DNA of 64,000 bases, taken from the NCBI GenBank assembly GCA_965113315.1, contig OZ220365.1; one strand, given 5' to 3'. The DNA comes from Podarcis vaucheri. Its lineage: Eukaryota. The notes below the pieces were generated by a model. The model did no database searches and was not told where the DNA came from. It worked only from the letters and a program-made list of their open reading frames with translations. The position numbers and the translations under genes are program-made. This document shows, in pieces, positions 62,069-64,000 of this stretch (the stretch's first letter is position 1; each line of letters begins with the position of its first letter).

Positions 62069-63076
62069 TAGAAAAACATACTAAAACATCAGACATTAAA
62101 AAGGTAGCAATTGTAGCTCCTGCACATACCAATTAGCATACCAATTAGCATTGCTTCATCTCTGTAGAGAATGTTTTCCATTCCACATTGTTCAAGAGGC
62201 ATTCCTGACCAATGTGCAAGTAAACAGCTTCTAAAACACATTATAAAACATTAACTAGCTATGCCAAAGGAGTATGACAATGTTCCAGAGATCCCGTTCT
62301 AGATTGTACTCATATATTCATAGTTCAGACCTGAAAAGCCTTTAGGGGGTGTGGAGGAGTGGGTAGAAAATCTGCATCCCATGAGCTTACCTTGGGACCT
62401 AAGCCATTGTTTCTAGAAAACAGGGTCAGTGGCTGTCAGTGCCCTGCTCCTCCTCAAAGGCAGCATCCTTTGTGTTCCTGTTGTCTGATTAGGAAGTTGC
62501 ATACTGAGTGAATCCTGGGTATTTACTTGTATGACTGGCACACTTCCCGATACAGGTGATATGTCCCTTAGATATTGGGGTGCAATTCATATCTGCCTCA
62601 GCAAGCATGGCTAATGATTAGGGATGATGGGAGTTGCAGTAACATCCAGAAGGCCACAGGATCCCAATCCCTAATTTAGACCTTTTAAAGTTCAAGAGGA
62701 TTAATCATTTTACAATTCAAAATATTGTGTTTATTTTACTTTAAAACACTTATATACCGCTTAAGTATTTGCATTTCTAAACAGTGCAATTAAAAACAAC
62801 CAACAGAAAATGGAGCAATAATCTCAGTTGGGGTGTAATTTCCAGGCTTCGGCCCACTGCACTAAATGCATGGCTAATAATAGGGGCTGTGCATCTGAGC
62901 CATGGGGAAGCCTCGAAGATTTCAGTGATCAGGCCAGGATATAAGGGAGCAGATGGTGTAGTTCTGTGCGTAGACATACATAAAATTAGTTCCTAATTCT
63001 GAGATGAGATTACTCACCACAACACTGGCTATTTAATATTCTGCTGACAAACTTTAATTTCTTTCTTTCATTATAG

Positions 63077-63223
63077 CTGAAGAAAATGGCCTCTGAATAC
63101 TATGATCATCTGCCACAGTATAACTCCTGGACAAAAGTGCTTTATGACTTTGTGATGGATGACACTATCAGCCCGTATTCGCGAGTGAAAAGGCATTTAA
63201 AAGGTGAAGTGATACTGGAGTGA
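63077..63223 (+). CDS. DEGS1: DEGS1 copy B, coding exon 3
   Basis: TTTCTTTCTTTCATTATAG acceptor; [48 protein letters not shown]; completes a 323-aa product. Confidence 0.95.
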   Translation: MKKMASEYYDHLPQYNSWTKVLYDFVMDDTISPYSRVKRHLKGEVILE

Positions 63224-64000
63224 AAAAAGCCCCACTTCCGTAAACACCAAAGACAGCCTAGTAGCTGGTGGAAGGTTTTGTTTGATCAAGATGAATTTGC
63301 TTTGTATCTTGATCTGGTTTGAACTATGAATGTATGAGTACAATCTAGAACAGGATCTCTAGAACTAAACGTTCTCATGTTCTTTTGCCATATAACTATG
63401 TTTCATGATGTGTTTTAGTAGCTGTTGACTTGAACATTGGTTTGTTCTTGTAAGCATTTTATCTTACATGCAGCATATGTACTTGTTCAGTTTTTTACAC
63501 TTGCTGCCCAAGATACTAGCCTTTGCTGACAAGCCTTCCAAATTAACTTCTTTTAATACCCCAGAATTGTTTTAATTAGTGTAGTAGCTGACCAAAATGG
63601 CTGGCTACAACTCCTCCTATATTGAGTTATGTCTTGGCCAATCCAAGTGCTAACCTAATTGATGGATTTACAACTGTTGCTGTAAAGTATATATCCGGTG
63701 AATAAGGCTAGTGTTTGTGTAATTTCAAAACACATGGATATGATTACCATGGATATGATCTCCTGCAGCAGGCCCATTTCCCAGAAAACATCTGCATTCC
63801 TTTTTTAATGCATCTGTACATAAGAGCTATGCCCTGCCATCAAATTGATGCTTCTTTGGAAACAGACCAGAACTCTTGAAGTTTAGAAACAGAATAGTGG
63901 CCACAGTAGTGGAGCCTACGTGTGTCCCAGTAACCATCTTGTGCTCTCTTAGCTGGGGCAAGAGCTGGAGTGTCAGATGTTGACAGCAGGTAGCAAGTTT

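Noticed and set aside
57315-63223. Copy B being DEGS2, a pseudogene or an assembly duplicate
   Set aside because: It has the DES1-type AFGNCK segment and about 93% identity to copy A; the frame and splice sites are intact; introns and TE content differ far more than alleles would.
1-64000. Prokaryote-type systems (CRISPR arrays, operons, defence islands)
   Set aside because: The sequence is spliced vertebrate genomic DNA; no regularly spaced direct-repeat array was seen.

Overview
Vertebrate genomic DNA from a squamate reptile, probably a lacertid lizard (inferred from Sauria/Squam1-, Squam2- and Squam3-type SINEs). The window holds the complete 5-exon FBXO28 gene (+, CDS 3625-26121, 355 aa). 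It is followed by two intact, tandem, same-strand copies of the 3-exon sphingolipid delta(4)-desaturase gene DEGS1: copy A (CDS 43625-49948) and copy B (CDS 57315-63223), each 323 aa and about 93% identical in protein by manual alignment. Compared with human and chicken DEGS1 as I recall them, both copies share substitutions at conserved sites (D81, loss of P115, PTDF>PLPI, K251). Copy B also has 9 replacements within 15 codons inside an otherwise near-identical exon, which suggests a neofunctionalising desaturase array shaped by gene conversion. The non-coding DNA is dense in transposons: a full-length but disabled Tigger/pogo element and its MITEs, hAT MITEs, L1, L2, SINEs, a solo LTR, several nested insertions, and a near-perfect 143-bp Penelope-type palindrome with a minimal hammerhead-ribozyme core upstream of copy A. 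All alignments and counts were done by eye; repeat family names come from recall and need a database check.
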